Source: Thermodesulfobacteriota bacterium
Lineage (GTDB): Bacteria > Desulfobacterota_D > UBA1144 > Nemesobacterales > UBA2774
Assembly: GCA_965223335.1 (NCBI GenBank)
Contig: OZ244991.1
Location: forward strand, 1,408,001 to 1,472,000
Reading direction: 5' to 3'
Length of the DNA: 64,000 nt
Below, piece by piece: positions 29,387 through 38,654 of the stretch; the first letter of the stretch is position 1; every line of letters begins with the position of its first letter. Under the pieces are notes generated by a model, which saw only the letters and a list, made by a program, of their open reading frames with translations, did not search any database and had not been told where the DNA came from. The position numbers and the translations under genes are program-made.

Positions 29387-31096
29387 TTTCGTCTCTAAAC
29401 CGCTTTCGACAGCTATCCGTGCCTGAGCTTTTGCTTTCTCTGGGTATCCCATTTTTACATATACCTTTGCCAAGAGTAGATTTGCTCGTGGATAGGTGCT
29501 GTAGATTTCCAGAGTTTTAATTAAGTTGCTCTCTGCTTTTTTATAGTAATTATTGTCTCGGGTCATGTCGGCTTTGATGAAGTTAATGAGTCCCAGGTGG
29601 TAGTAGGTACGACCGTAACTCGGGTCGTATTCCTTTGCCCTGACGAACCACTTCTCGGCTAGGGGGAAGTTTGCGGTCTCTAGGTGTACTAGGCCTATGT
29701 TGTTGGACGTCATGGCTTTGCCCTTAGGGGTGTCGTTAAGCTCGGGGCTAAGCGCTTTATGGAGATAACGCAATGCCCCATCGTAATCACCCTCTATTAG
29801 AAGAGCACGGCCATGGTTGTTAAGCGGTAGGGGGTGGGTGGGGGATTTCTTAACAGTGTCTGCCCAGAGGCTAAGATCGTTTGTCCAGACGGCCTGGCGC
29901 TCGATTGTAAAAAAAGTGTAGGCCGCTATCAGAATAGCTGCAAAGAGTGCAGCCGGGATTGTTAGCCCATTGGTGCCGTTTGCCCTTACGATCAAGTATC
30001 CCATCAACAGACAGTAGCCGGCCGAGGGCAAAAACAAGTACCTTTCCGCATATGGGGTTGCTGCAATATTAAAGACCGTGAGTGCGAGTGCGGGCATAAG
30101 TGTTGCAGTGACCCATAGTACGCAAAACGCCGTTACATTCTCTCTACGAGCTACGGATATAATGAAAGCGAACAATAAAAATATAGAGACAACGAGCGAG
30201 CCCAGAAATTTAGCGCTTGAAATCGGAATACCTGTGATAAAGGCATTGAAATCAAAGGGTAGGGTGAGCTTGCTGATATAAAATAGATAAGTAGTAAAGA
30301 TGGTTTTTATAATCTGCCATATGGAGTCTGTTGTTGCGGGCGAGTCCGTAAACAGGTTCCCACTCGGACCGGAAATAGTTATATGTCCCATTCCCCTTAG
30401 GTAATAGTAGATTATCAAAATAGCTACGTAGACTGCGTAGCGGGGGATACTGTTTCGAAAATTCGATCTGTGAAAGATTAGGTCATAACCCAGTACCAAT
30501 GCCGGGAACACTACTGCCACCTCTTTAGATAGAAGCGCAAGAATAAAACTAAGCCCGGCAAAAACTACAAGCCACAATCGGGATTCTGCACGCAGATGAA
30601 ATATGATTGCGGATAGTAAAAACAGACACGCCAGAATATCCGTCCTTCCAACTACCCACGAGACCGTCTCCACATGCATCGGATACACAGCAAAGAGCAA
30701 TGCGGACAATAATGCTGTTGTGTCACCGGAACCGACTTGCGAACGGCTTATAATAATGAGTGCGATTAGATAGAACAGGATCACTGTTATTGCGTATAAT
30801 ATGTTGTTGCTTAGGTGGTACCCGGAGGGTGAGCCGCCCCATAAGTACTTATCCAATACAATAGAGGCGTAGAAAAGCGGTCTCCAATATCTTGCTTGAC
30901 TGTTAGTCTCGGTATACGGCAATGCAATCTGTTTTAGGTTGGATGAGCCGAGTGAGTGGACTGATTTTTGTATTGATTCGATATCGTCCCATACAAACTC
31001 GTTTGTAAGTGAAGGGGAATACACAATGATTGTGAAAACAAAAAGGCAGAGCGCAATTAAAGGTCGATTCTTAAGTACTTGTGCAGAAATCCCCAT
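29333..31096 (-). CDS. GT-C-type membrane protein with TPR repeats (TMTC-like mannosyltransferase family)
   Basis: FVWDD, YWRPL, P.HVETVSWV.GR, LLSKE, AERYLFLP, C-terminal TPRs. Confidence 0.85.
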   Translation of the reverse strand: MGISAQVLKNRPLIALCLFVFTIIVYSPSLTNEFVWDDIESIQKSVHSLGSSNLKQIALPYTETNSQARYWRPLFYASIVLDKYLWGGSPSGYHLSNNILYAITVILFYLIALIIISRSQVGSGDTTALLSALLFAVYPMHVETVSWVVGRTDILACLFLLSAIIFHLRAESRLWLVVFAGLSFILALLSKEVAVVFPALVLGYDLIFHRSNFRNSIPRYAVYVAILIIYYYLRGMGHITISGPSGNLFTDSPATTDSIWQIIKTIFTTYLFYISKLTLPFDFNAFITGIPISSAKFLGSLVVSIFLLFAFIISVARRENVTAFCVLWVTATLMPALALTVFNIAATPYAERYLFLPSAGYCLLMGYLIVRANGTNGLTIPAALFAAILIAAYTFFTIERQAVWTNDLSLWADTVKKSPTHPLPLNNHGRALLIEGDYDGALRYLHKALSPELNDTPKGKAMTSNNIGLVHLETANFPLAEKWFVRAKEYDPSYGRTYYHLGLINFIKADMTRDNNYYKKAESNLIKTLEIYSTYPRANLLLAKVYVKMGYPEKAKAQARIAVESGLETKLLKEAQNILVIDDKPGE

Positions 31097-31197
31097 CTGT
31101 ACTCCCTAGCCCCCCCAAATACCGGTTTAAGCAATGAAATGTTTACATATCACAAAAGTAGTATGAGCATTGTTGTGGATAACTTCCTGGTTGCTAT

Positions 31198-31995
31198 CTA
31201 TCTAAACAGATCTTCATCTGCAGGCCTTATAAGGTCTTTAGCACCGTTCCCGCCGTCTGAGAAGTTATATCCCCTGATAATCACAACAGGTACATCATCT
31301 GTCTTCTCCATCACAAGCCCCCCGGCTGTAGCAAGTTGGTCCGCAACGGCCATTACAGTGGCGTTCAGCAGAAAACCCTTTGAATCGGTGCCTCCCCGAA
31401 AATCTTTTAACGCATCAATACCGGCGCACCCAATGGCAATATCTACAAGCCCCTCGCGCCAGGGCCTGCCTACCGTGTCGGTGATTATAACGGCTACGCT
31501 CACACCACTCTTATCCGATAGAGCCTTTGCAAGACCCCTGGCCGATTTATCGGAGTCTAGTGGGAGGAGTGTTACCGAGTCCCCACCCGACACGTTGGAC
31601 GAGTCCACGCCTGCATTGGCCGAGATGACACCGCCCCTGGTCTCAACTATTAGCCTTCCCTTCTCGGGTTTCCTTTGGTCCATCTTAATTATTTTTGTGG
31701 TCTCGCTGAGTATTACTTCTATGAGTCTCGGGTCTTTGCTTACTTCCCGCGATAGGGTCTCTGCGAATGTAGAGGGGGTTACATCGTTAAGGTCAACAAT
31801 CCTGCCCTCGGCCTTGGAAATAATCTTTTGGGCCACAACCACAACGTCGTTTTCCTCGATAGCGACCCCGCATTGTTTAGCAGCGTGTAAAATGATTTCG
31901 GCCAGATTGTCGTCGGGTTTTATTTCCGGGATGCCGGTGATAGGAATTATAGAGATTGGGTTTGGTTGCGGGCTCATTTCGTAATCCTCTATCAT
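31198..31995 (-). CDS. cofE: Coenzyme F420-0:L-glutamate ligase
   Basis: GIPEIKPDD, AQKIISKAEGR, NAGVDSSN, DTVGRPWR.G, DLFR. Confidence 0.9.
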   Translation of the reverse strand: MIEDYEMSPQPNPISIIPITGIPEIKPDDNLAEIILHAAKQCGVAIEENDVVVVAQKIISKAEGRIVDLNDVTPSTFAETLSREVSKDPRLIEVILSETTKIIKMDQRKPEKGRLIVETRGGVISANAGVDSSNVSGGDSVTLLPLDSDKSARGLAKALSDKSGVSVAVIITDTVGRPWREGLVDIAIGCAGIDALKDFRGGTDSKGFLLNATVMAVADQLATAGGLVMEKTDDVPVVIIRGYNFSDGGNGAKDLIRPADEDLFR

Positions 31996-32102
31996 ATAGT
32001 AAAGGCTAAAAAAATCTACCCACCTATATGCTCAATGCGTACGGTACTAATACATAATCACTAATTAGAGGCAATGCGTCTAAAATGGGATTTACCCGCT
32101 GA

Positions 32103-33053
32103 TTAACCGTCAACCAGGGTACAGCCATTGGGATTTATAGTAGAGGTACCTGTAGATCGGATTGCATCTTTGGCACCGGTTATCGTGCACGAGTTTTGTG
32201 GGTCTATGATGACCTCGGCAGCTTCAGAAGTCCTTATGCCGTTTTCCCTGTTTGAGGTGATGAAGATGTTGTTATTTATCGGTAAGGCAGTCATCCCGAT
32301 CCTTATTGACGAGTTGTCTCTGGCTCTCACCGCATCTCTGTTGGCGATGATATTTATATCGTTATCGGCGTCTAACATAATGGTTGCAAAATTCTCTGCC
32401 CTCACAGCCTCGCTGCAGTCTGTCAATATTATGCTTTTCACCCTTATTTCCACTCTGCTCTCGTTTACAGCCTGTATGCATCTGCTGCCGTTTCCGTCTA
32501 GCCTAAACTCGGCTTCTAGTTCATCGAATATAAATTCATTTGTGCTGTTTACGCTAAACTTCTTTTGAGACACCACCCACCTGTCGAAAATAATCTGGGG
32601 AGGGGTCGTATCGATAATCACATCGAGTGCCACATCGCTTTTCTCTGTAACCGGAATAATACGGGATAGAGAGATACCCTGCACATCGAACTCGAGTGTA
32701 ACGAGTCCGGTTCTTGACCTAAATCTTAATTTGAACTCCCCTAACTGGTTGGTCCTGTCCATATCTAGTGTCCTGCCGTTTTCGATGACCCTTACTTTTA
32801 TGTCGGGCACCTGTGCATGGGCCGGTACAGCGGGGCTGATTATATCCAGGTAGCGGGATAACATATTTTTATTCTTTTTGTCGAATTTAATGGACGGGCC
32901 TTCTGCAAGGATAACCTCCTGTAGCACCCCGTTTATAATAGTCCTGTTGCTGCTGCCGCTATTGCCGCTGTCACAACCCACAATCCCATAGGACATATAA
33001 GAGACCATGAGAATGATAATTACGAATACAGCATTCCTGTTCATTTTCATCAA
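32103..33053 (-). CDS. Hypothetical lipoprotein
   Basis: Signal peptide ending IVG-C; beta-rich C-terminus. Confidence 0.65.
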   Translation of the reverse strand: MMKMNRNAVFVIIILMVSYMSYGIVGCDSGNSGSSNRTIINGVLQEVILAEGPSIKFDKKNKNMLSRYLDIISPAVPAHAQVPDIKVRVIENGRTLDMDRTNQLGEFKLRFRSRTGLVTLEFDVQGISLSRIIPVTEKSDVALDVIIDTTPPQIIFDRWVVSQKKFSVNSTNEFIFDELEAEFRLDGNGSRCIQAVNESRVEIRVKSIILTDCSEAVRAENFATIMLDADNDINIIANRDAVRARDNSSIRIGMTALPINNNIFITSNRENGIRTSEAAEVIIDPQNSCTITGAKDAIRSTGTSTINPNGCTLVDG

Positions 33054-33224
33054 TTTATATCCTCCAATATGTTAGTTGTAATCCATCATCCACATTAATC
33101 ATGGCCGGTAGGGCACTGCGTGTTAATGTAGAACTTGAACTGTTGATTAATATTATCCTGATATATCAACAATTTGATAATATTGTAAGGAATTTTCTGA
33201 ATTTTGTCTAACTAATAATTAATT

Positions 33225-34310
33225 TTAAAACGACCAGGCGTACTGCCATCCCAACCACAGCACCCAGTCGGTCTCTAGCTGTGGGCCGTCTAGGTCCTGG
33301 TAGAGCGGTAACCCGAACTCCACTGCCAGACGTTGTCCTTTTATGGGTACCGGTCCCCTGGGCACATAGAAATCGAGACCTAACAGCAGGTCAAGCCTGT
33401 TGCCGCCGCGAAGCTTTGGGTCGGCAGTAGGCACAACCGACGAATTCAGCGCGGGGTCGGCCCCTTTGATGTTTCCCCACGACTGCCAGTCGAGTCGTGC
33501 AGATGTCGAAACCCAATTGAACCAGTTCCACACTCCCCAACCTGTGGCATCGAACCGATTGCCTAGTCTGTAGTCTCGGCTGTTCTCACCAAGCCTTACG
33601 ACACCGCTTACCTGTGAGCCCCAGGATAAGCTCTTGTGCTGTCCCCGGTATGTGATCCCCGGCATAAGGTCGAGTGTGCCCGACCCTAGCTGCATAGGGT
33701 AGGGGAGCTGTTGGTCGGGGCCCGCGGGGGTCGCGTCTCTTTCGCTTATAGAACCTGTGGGCAGGCTTAGCCCAGCGTTTAAGTGTACTTGTTGGTTAGT
33801 ACGGTCAAATATCTTTATCAGAAAACTGGTTTTTAAGTCACCCACACCCTCTGATGTAGTTTTGAACCTGACACCGGAGCGTGTTAGGTGATTCATCGAT
33901 TTTTTGATATAGGGCAGCATGACCATTGCGGTTACATAGTCTGTGGGAGCGTACATCAGACCAAACATATGCATCTGCGAGTCCATATCGGTAGGGGTGA
34001 CCATATAGTCCTCGAGTACCTCTGAGTTGCTCACCTTATTTGTGCCGATTCTATTGCCCGCCATGCTCATGAACATGTAGCGGTACGATAGCATTAAGCC
34101 TCCCTCGTCGTGGGTATGAGCCCCCATAACTCCGATCGGGGTACGATCGTCATCGTGATGATGGTGTTTTTGTTGTTGGTGTTGATGATGATGATGGTGG
34201 TGTATATCTTGTGCAGATGTGAGTTTAGTGGTGATGATTAAAAGCATTAAAACACAAACTGATCCAAGCAGAATCTTTTTGCCCGGCTTTATAGTGATTA
34301 CACTGTTCAT
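33225..34310 (-). CDS. Outer-membrane beta-barrel transporter-like protein with a His-rich N-terminus
   Basis: Signal peptide, HHHHHHQHQQQKHHHH, PIGVMGAHTH, YPMQLGSGT, C-terminal WQYAWSF; GGAGG RBS before ATG 34310. Confidence 0.8.
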   Translation of the reverse strand: MNSVITIKPGKKILLGSVCVLMLLIITTKLTSAQDIHHHHHHQHQQQKHHHHDDDRTPIGVMGAHTHDEGGLMLSYRYMFMSMAGNRIGTNKVSNSEVLEDYMVTPTDMDSQMHMFGLMYAPTDYVTAMVMLPYIKKSMNHLTRSGVRFKTTSEGVGDLKTSFLIKIFDRTNQQVHLNAGLSLPTGSISERDATPAGPDQQLPYPMQLGSGTLDLMPGITYRGQHKSLSWGSQVSGVVRLGENSRDYRLGNRFDATGWGVWNWFNWVSTSARLDWQSWGNIKGADPALNSSVVPTADPKLRGGNRLDLLLGLDFYVPRGPVPIKGQRLAVEFGLPLYQDLDGPQLETDWVLWLGWQYAWSF

Positions 34311-34507
34311 TGTGTCCTCCTCGCAAGAATTCTTTATGATACCCAAGCAGTCCTCGACTGACGGATTACTCCCGTTATAAGTGTGCGTGTACAAAAGCGT
34401 CTCGTATTACTTGTACATCACCCAAACAAACCCATGGGGGTTGTGTATGGCAAGACGACATAACACGCTGTACTTATTGGTAGATATTCAAGGCTATATC
34501 TGGATGC

Positions 34508-34897
34508 TTACGAGGAAATCGGGGGTGCTCTTTGGGATACGGGGGATTTTGAAGCCGACAGTTTGAACTCAAAATCATGGGGTATTACAACAGGTAGTTC
34601 ATGGTGTTGTAAAGAATAGGTGTGCGGTACTAGAGTGTCTGAAGGTTCTTTTTCAATTGTACAGCTATAGCAAAAACAGTCCTTTTCCGGACCCTGTTTG
34701 GAGTTGTTGTTAGTAAAGAATAAAATGATCGGTATTATCCCGTGACCCGGCATGTGGTTCGGGCAGTTCATAACGGAGTAGGAAATCGAATGGCTTTTTG
34801 GGGGCACATAGCGCTCTGAGGAATAGAGCAGAAAGTTAACGGTGAGCGCTATGGTTAGAACTGTAACAACTCTATTCAACGTCTTCCCTCTTCGCAT
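34508..34897 (-). CDS. DUF2946-like (CruR/CutF-type) leader protein with CxxC and C-terminal RAPP
   Basis: N-terminal hydrophobic export segment, CFCYSC, ends in QRAPPISS. Confidence 0.7.
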   Translation of the reverse strand: MRRGKTLNRVVTVLTIALTVNFLLYSSERYVPPKSHSISYSVMNCPNHMPGHGIIPIILFFTNNNSKQGPEKDCFCYSCTIEKEPSDTLVPHTYSLQHHELPVVIPHDFEFKLSASKSPVSQRAPPISS

Positions 34898-34945
34898 GGT
34901 ATATCAGGTGGAGTTTATTCCCATACACATCGGTATGAATTTATG

Positions 34946-34961
34946 ATAATGTGAACATTAT
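34946..34961. promoter_or_regulatory. Palindromic putative regulator site
   Basis: ATAATGT-GA-ACATTAT, a perfect 7-2-7 inverted repeat in the divergent intergenic region. Confidence 0.35.
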
Positions 34962-35020
34962 AAACTAGATCTGGATCGCACTCAAAATTGTCTAATATCT
35001 AAACAGTCATTGAGTTTTAT

Positions 35021-36070
35021 ATGAATAAGCCGGGTGTGAAGATTAAAGCAGGTGTGCTCGGGGCGACTGGTTATACGGGGGTGGAGCTACTTAGGCTCTT
35101 GGTTGGCCACCCTAGTGTGGATACAATCTGGGTGTGCTCCGAGAAGTTTGCGGGTAAGCATCTATCGGCAGTGTTCCCGCACTTGAGCACCTATACCGAT
35201 TTAATCTGCAACAGTGTGAGTGAACTTGATGGTCTAAAATGTCCCGATGTGGTGTTTTCTTGCCTGCCCCATAGGACCTCAATGCACTTTGTAGCCAAGA
35301 TGTTGGGGAGGGGGGCAAAGGTGATTGATTTCAGTGCGGACTTTAGGTTCGGGGATGGCGATCTGTATAAAGAGTGGTATGGGGTTGATCACAAGCATAT
35401 GGATCTATTAAAAGACGCAGTGTATGGGCTGCCGGAGCTCTACAGAGAAGAGATCAAGGACACACATTTGGTGGCTAACCCCGGCTGCTACGCAACGGGT
35501 GCGGTGCTGGGACTGGTACCCATTGCCTCGATCATGGACCATAGCACTCCTGTGGTGATAGATGCACTATCAGCTATAAGTGGGGCGGGCAGAGCCCCCG
35601 TGCTCGCACAGCATTACCCTGAAGCTAACGAAGCTATCTCGCCTACCGATCAATTCCCCCATAACCAAACCCCTGAGATCGAGGTGCAATTGGACACTCT
35701 ATCGGGCAACTCAAACCGTGTGATATTTATGCCCCATACCGTGCCTATAAATAGGGGGATCTTGACCACTATTTATGTTGGATTGGAGCAACAAATATCC
35801 AAAGAAGAGCTAAATAGTATCTACGAAGAATACTATAAGGACGAGAGGTTTGTGAGGGTAGCCGGACCGGGGACCTACCCCCGTGTGGAGTTTACTAAAT
35901 CCACAAATTTTCTGGATGTTGGTGTAACAATATTTGAAGGCAGGGCAATCATAGTTGTTGCGCACGATAATCTGGGTAAGGGCGCATCGGGACAGGCTCT
36001 ACAGAACATGAACATCATGTTCGGCCTGCCGGAGGATACGGGACTTACAAATCCGGGGGTCTATCCGTAA
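35021..36070 (+). CDS. ArgC-family reductase, divergent paralog
   Basis: GATGYTG, NPGCYAT and DNLGKGASGQA retained, but LSAISGAG and HNQTPEI replace KSGVSGAG and HRHTPEI. Confidence 0.88.
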   Translation: MNKPGVKIKAGVLGATGYTGVELLRLLVGHPSVDTIWVCSEKFAGKHLSAVFPHLSTYTDLICNSVSELDGLKCPDVVFSCLPHRTSMHFVAKMLGRGAKVIDFSADFRFGDGDLYKEWYGVDHKHMDLLKDAVYGLPELYREEIKDTHLVANPGCYATGAVLGLVPIASIMDHSTPVVIDALSAISGAGRAPVLAQHYPEANEAISPTDQFPHNQTPEIEVQLDTLSGNSNRVIFMPHTVPINRGILTTIYVGLEQQISKEELNSIYEEYYKDERFVRVAGPGTYPRVEFTKSTNFLDVGVTIFEGRAIIVVAHDNLGKGASGQALQNMNIMFGLPEDTGLTNPGVYP

Positions 36071-36073
36071 CCC

Positions 36074-37552
36074 ATGAATACGACATACGATCTGTTGGCG
36101 GAGTCGGCTAAAAAGCATCCTAATAGCATTGCCCTTATCGAGGGTGCCGTTTCCACTTCTTATGAATTGCTGCTTAAAGAAGTGAACTCCATGGCCTCGT
36201 ACCTGACTACTATAGGAATAGAGAACGGATCTAAGGTGGGCATTTATGTTCCCAATTCACGTTTGTTCGTTATAGCATTTTTTAGTGTTGCCAAGCTGGG
36301 TGCGGTATCGGTGCCCATAGACAACGTTTTGAAACTAGGTGAGGTGAGGTTTTTTGTAAAGCATGCGGGGCTCGATCATCTAATCACCGAAACAGCTCTG
36401 GAACCATTAGCCCGGGAGGCTGTGTCAGGACTAAGCACTCGAGTAGTAGCATTTGATCTGGACTGGATAGACGCAAACATAGACCGCGGTGCCCTGACGA
36501 ATGCCTCGGACCAAGATAACGAAGTCGGGGTCGATGACGATGCAATATATCTATACTCCACAGGGTCTACGGGCGAGCCCAAGCGGGTTGCCAGGTCGCA
36601 TAGAAACCTGGTAGCCCTTGCGGATAATCATACTAGCACCGTGGGCTGGGCCGAGCGCGACACCATATTGTTTGTACTTCCCCTCTCTCATACCTATGCA
36701 TTCGGCAACTTTATTAGTGCGGTTAAAATCGGTTCGACTCTAGTACTTATGAGGGAATTTAACCGCAGTGAAGTAGTGAATAGTATCTCGAAACATTCCG
36801 TAACAATTTTTCCGGCTGTGCCTTTTATACTCGATATTCTAAGCAGGTCAAAAGTGGGCGGCCCCGCGGATCTTAGCTCTTTGGAACTTGTGATCTCTGC
36901 GGGGGCACCTCTGTCGCGGGATACATTTGAGGGGTTCTACAAGCGCTATGGGATCTATCCCCACCAGCTCTACGGCTCTACAGAGACGGGGGTCATAGCA
37001 ATTAACTTGGCTCCCGACATCGAGTCGAGGTGGGACTCGGTCGGCAGGCCCGTGAACAATGTGGAGGTAAGGGTTGTCGGGGATGATGGAGAGCCGAGGG
37101 GTGTGGATGAATTAGGAGAGATAACTGTGCGCAGTCCTTCGATGACCACTGGCTATTATGGGTTGGAGGAAGAGACCAAACAGGTCTTTAGGGGTGGGTT
37201 CTACTACACTGGGGATCTAGGTAGGATAGATTCCGAGGGCTTCATCTATATAGTGGGTAGGAAAAAATTGTTTATTAACCTAAGTGGCAACAAGGTGGAC
37301 CCGGTCGAGGTCGAGAACGTGCTGCTCAGTTGTGCGGGGGTTACGGATGCTGCGGTGTATGGAGTAAGCGACCAAAAAGGTGGGGAGGTAGTGAAGGCCG
37401 CACTTGTCGTGGAGGGGGATGTCGAGACGGGCCTCATAATCGAGCAGTGCAGAGAGAGGCTTGCCGATTACAAGGTGCCGAGATTCTTTGAGTATATAGA
37501 TCAGATCCCCCGCAGCCCGACGGGTAAAATACTTAGGGAGAAACTCAAATAG
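36074..37552 (+). CDS. Adenylate-forming acyl-CoA/acyl-ACP ligase
   Basis: YSTGSTGEPK, YGSTE, YTGDLG, GRKK, PRSPTGKI. Confidence 0.92.
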   Translation: MNTTYDLLAESAKKHPNSIALIEGAVSTSYELLLKEVNSMASYLTTIGIENGSKVGIYVPNSRLFVIAFFSVAKLGAVSVPIDNVLKLGEVRFFVKHAGLDHLITETALEPLAREAVSGLSTRVVAFDLDWIDANIDRGALTNASDQDNEVGVDDDAIYLYSTGSTGEPKRVARSHRNLVALADNHTSTVGWAERDTILFVLPLSHTYAFGNFISAVKIGSTLVLMREFNRSEVVNSISKHSVTIFPAVPFILDILSRSKVGGPADLSSLELVISAGAPLSRDTFEGFYKRYGIYPHQLYGSTETGVIAINLAPDIESRWDSVGRPVNNVEVRVVGDDGEPRGVDELGEITVRSPSMTTGYYGLEEETKQVFRGGFYYTGDLGRIDSEGFIYIVGRKKLFINLSGNKVDPVEVENVLLSCAGVTDAAVYGVSDQKGGEVVKAALVVEGDVETGLIIEQCRERLADYKVPRFFEYIDQIPRSPTGKILREKLK

Positions 37553-37564
37553 CTGGAACGTGCT

Positions 37565-37825
37565 ATGCACAGAGATACTAAAGATAGGGTGAGGGGGGTG
37601 TTGCAAGAGCATCTGCCCCAATCTGTAGGGAACCAGGAATTAAAAGATGACCAGCGCCTTATAGAGCTTGGGATAGGTGTGGATTCTGTGTCTACATTGG
37701 AGATTATTGTGGCATTGGAAGAGGAGTTTGGGGTGACGATTGATGATGAGCAAGTCCAAAAGGGTCTGCTTGAGGACTTACAAAGTATAAGTAGATATAT
37801 AGAGGAGTTGCGAGGGGAGGATTAG
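37565..37825 (+). CDS. Acyl carrier protein
   Basis: Acidic 86-aa protein with a GVDSV phosphopantetheine Ser motif and LEEEFGV.I. Confidence 0.85.
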   Translation: MHRDTKDRVRGVLQEHLPQSVGNQELKDDQRLIELGIGVDSVSTLEIIVALEEEFGVTIDDEQVQKGLLEDLQSISRYIEELRGED

Positions 37826-37836
37826 TCCACTTATTG

Positions 37837-38547
37837 CTAGCTCGTAAGTCCCTTTTCATCCATATAGCTCTCAAATGAGCTCATGAACTCTTTACGCACA
37901 CGTTCACTGGCCTTGCCTATGGGCTCTATTACAAACTTTTCATAAAGCTCTGATGCTGTGGCCTCGAGTTTGGTGTCGCCAGTGGTACGTGCGAGCCTTA
38001 GCACTGCTATGGAATTATAGAAAATGGCCCTAAAGAGCGAGCTTCGAGCATCGTTAAACTTAAACTCTTCCAGAGCTTTATGTGCTTCGATAAGAGCATA
38101 GAACCCCACACCGCAAAATAGAGTGAGTAGTTTTTTTGCCTCGTCCTGTGACATACCCTCGATCAGGTAAACGAGCGGAGCCTCCACAATGGATTCGAGC
38201 TCTTTTTCTCTGCTGAGTATATCTGCCAGCTGTTTCACCTTTCTTTCGTCGGCGTTATTAAGCAGGTCTTTTAAGGCGCTCTGTACGTATTCGAGTGCAA
38301 AGCTGTCGCGGATCTCCTCCAAAGTCAGGCCCTCTGACTTGAGTGCTTTGATATGTGCAAGTTTGTCAACGGTTTTCTCAGGGAAGTAGAGCTCGGTTTT
38401 CCTTGAGTCCTTTAGTCTTTTGCGCTTGGGTTTGGGGATTAGGCCCAGTTTGGCACACGCTTTTATTGTCTGGATGGGATCTCTGCCAAGGTCGATTTTT
38501 CTTTTTTTGGCTTCTTTTACAATTTGATTGATCGACAGATCTTGCAT
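37837..38547 (-). CDS. MerR-like HTH putative regulator
   Basis: LGLIPKP...LYF....DKLAHIKALKSEGLTLEEIR pattern. Confidence 0.65.
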   Translation of the reverse strand: MQDLSINQIVKEAKKRKIDLGRDPIQTIKACAKLGLIPKPKRKRLKDSRKTELYFPEKTVDKLAHIKALKSEGLTLEEIRDSFALEYVQSALKDLLNNADERKVKQLADILSREKELESIVEAPLVYLIEGMSQDEAKKLLTLFCGVGFYALIEAHKALEEFKFNDARSSLFRAIFYNSIAVLRLARTTGDTKLEATASELYEKFVIEPIGKASERVRKEFMSSFESYMDEKGLTS

Positions 38548-38654
38548 AGATAGATATTAAGCACGTTGGCCGGATTTTGTCAATCTATCACTGTCATAAC
38601 CTGCATAGATCGTTTGTCATAACGATTGATATTTTGCGGTTTTAATTAGATAAT

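Noticed and set aside
31079..31984. 301-aa plus-strand ORF
   Set aside because: Antisense shadow of cofE, with no recognisable motifs. The same applies to the many short ORFs nested antisense within clear genes.
33090..33171. Inverted repeats upstream of the lipoprotein gene
   Set aside because: Short AT-rich arms, consistent with chance; no known motif.
34150..34202. Trinucleotide-like repeat
   Set aside because: It simply encodes the His/Gln tract and is not an independent repeat element.
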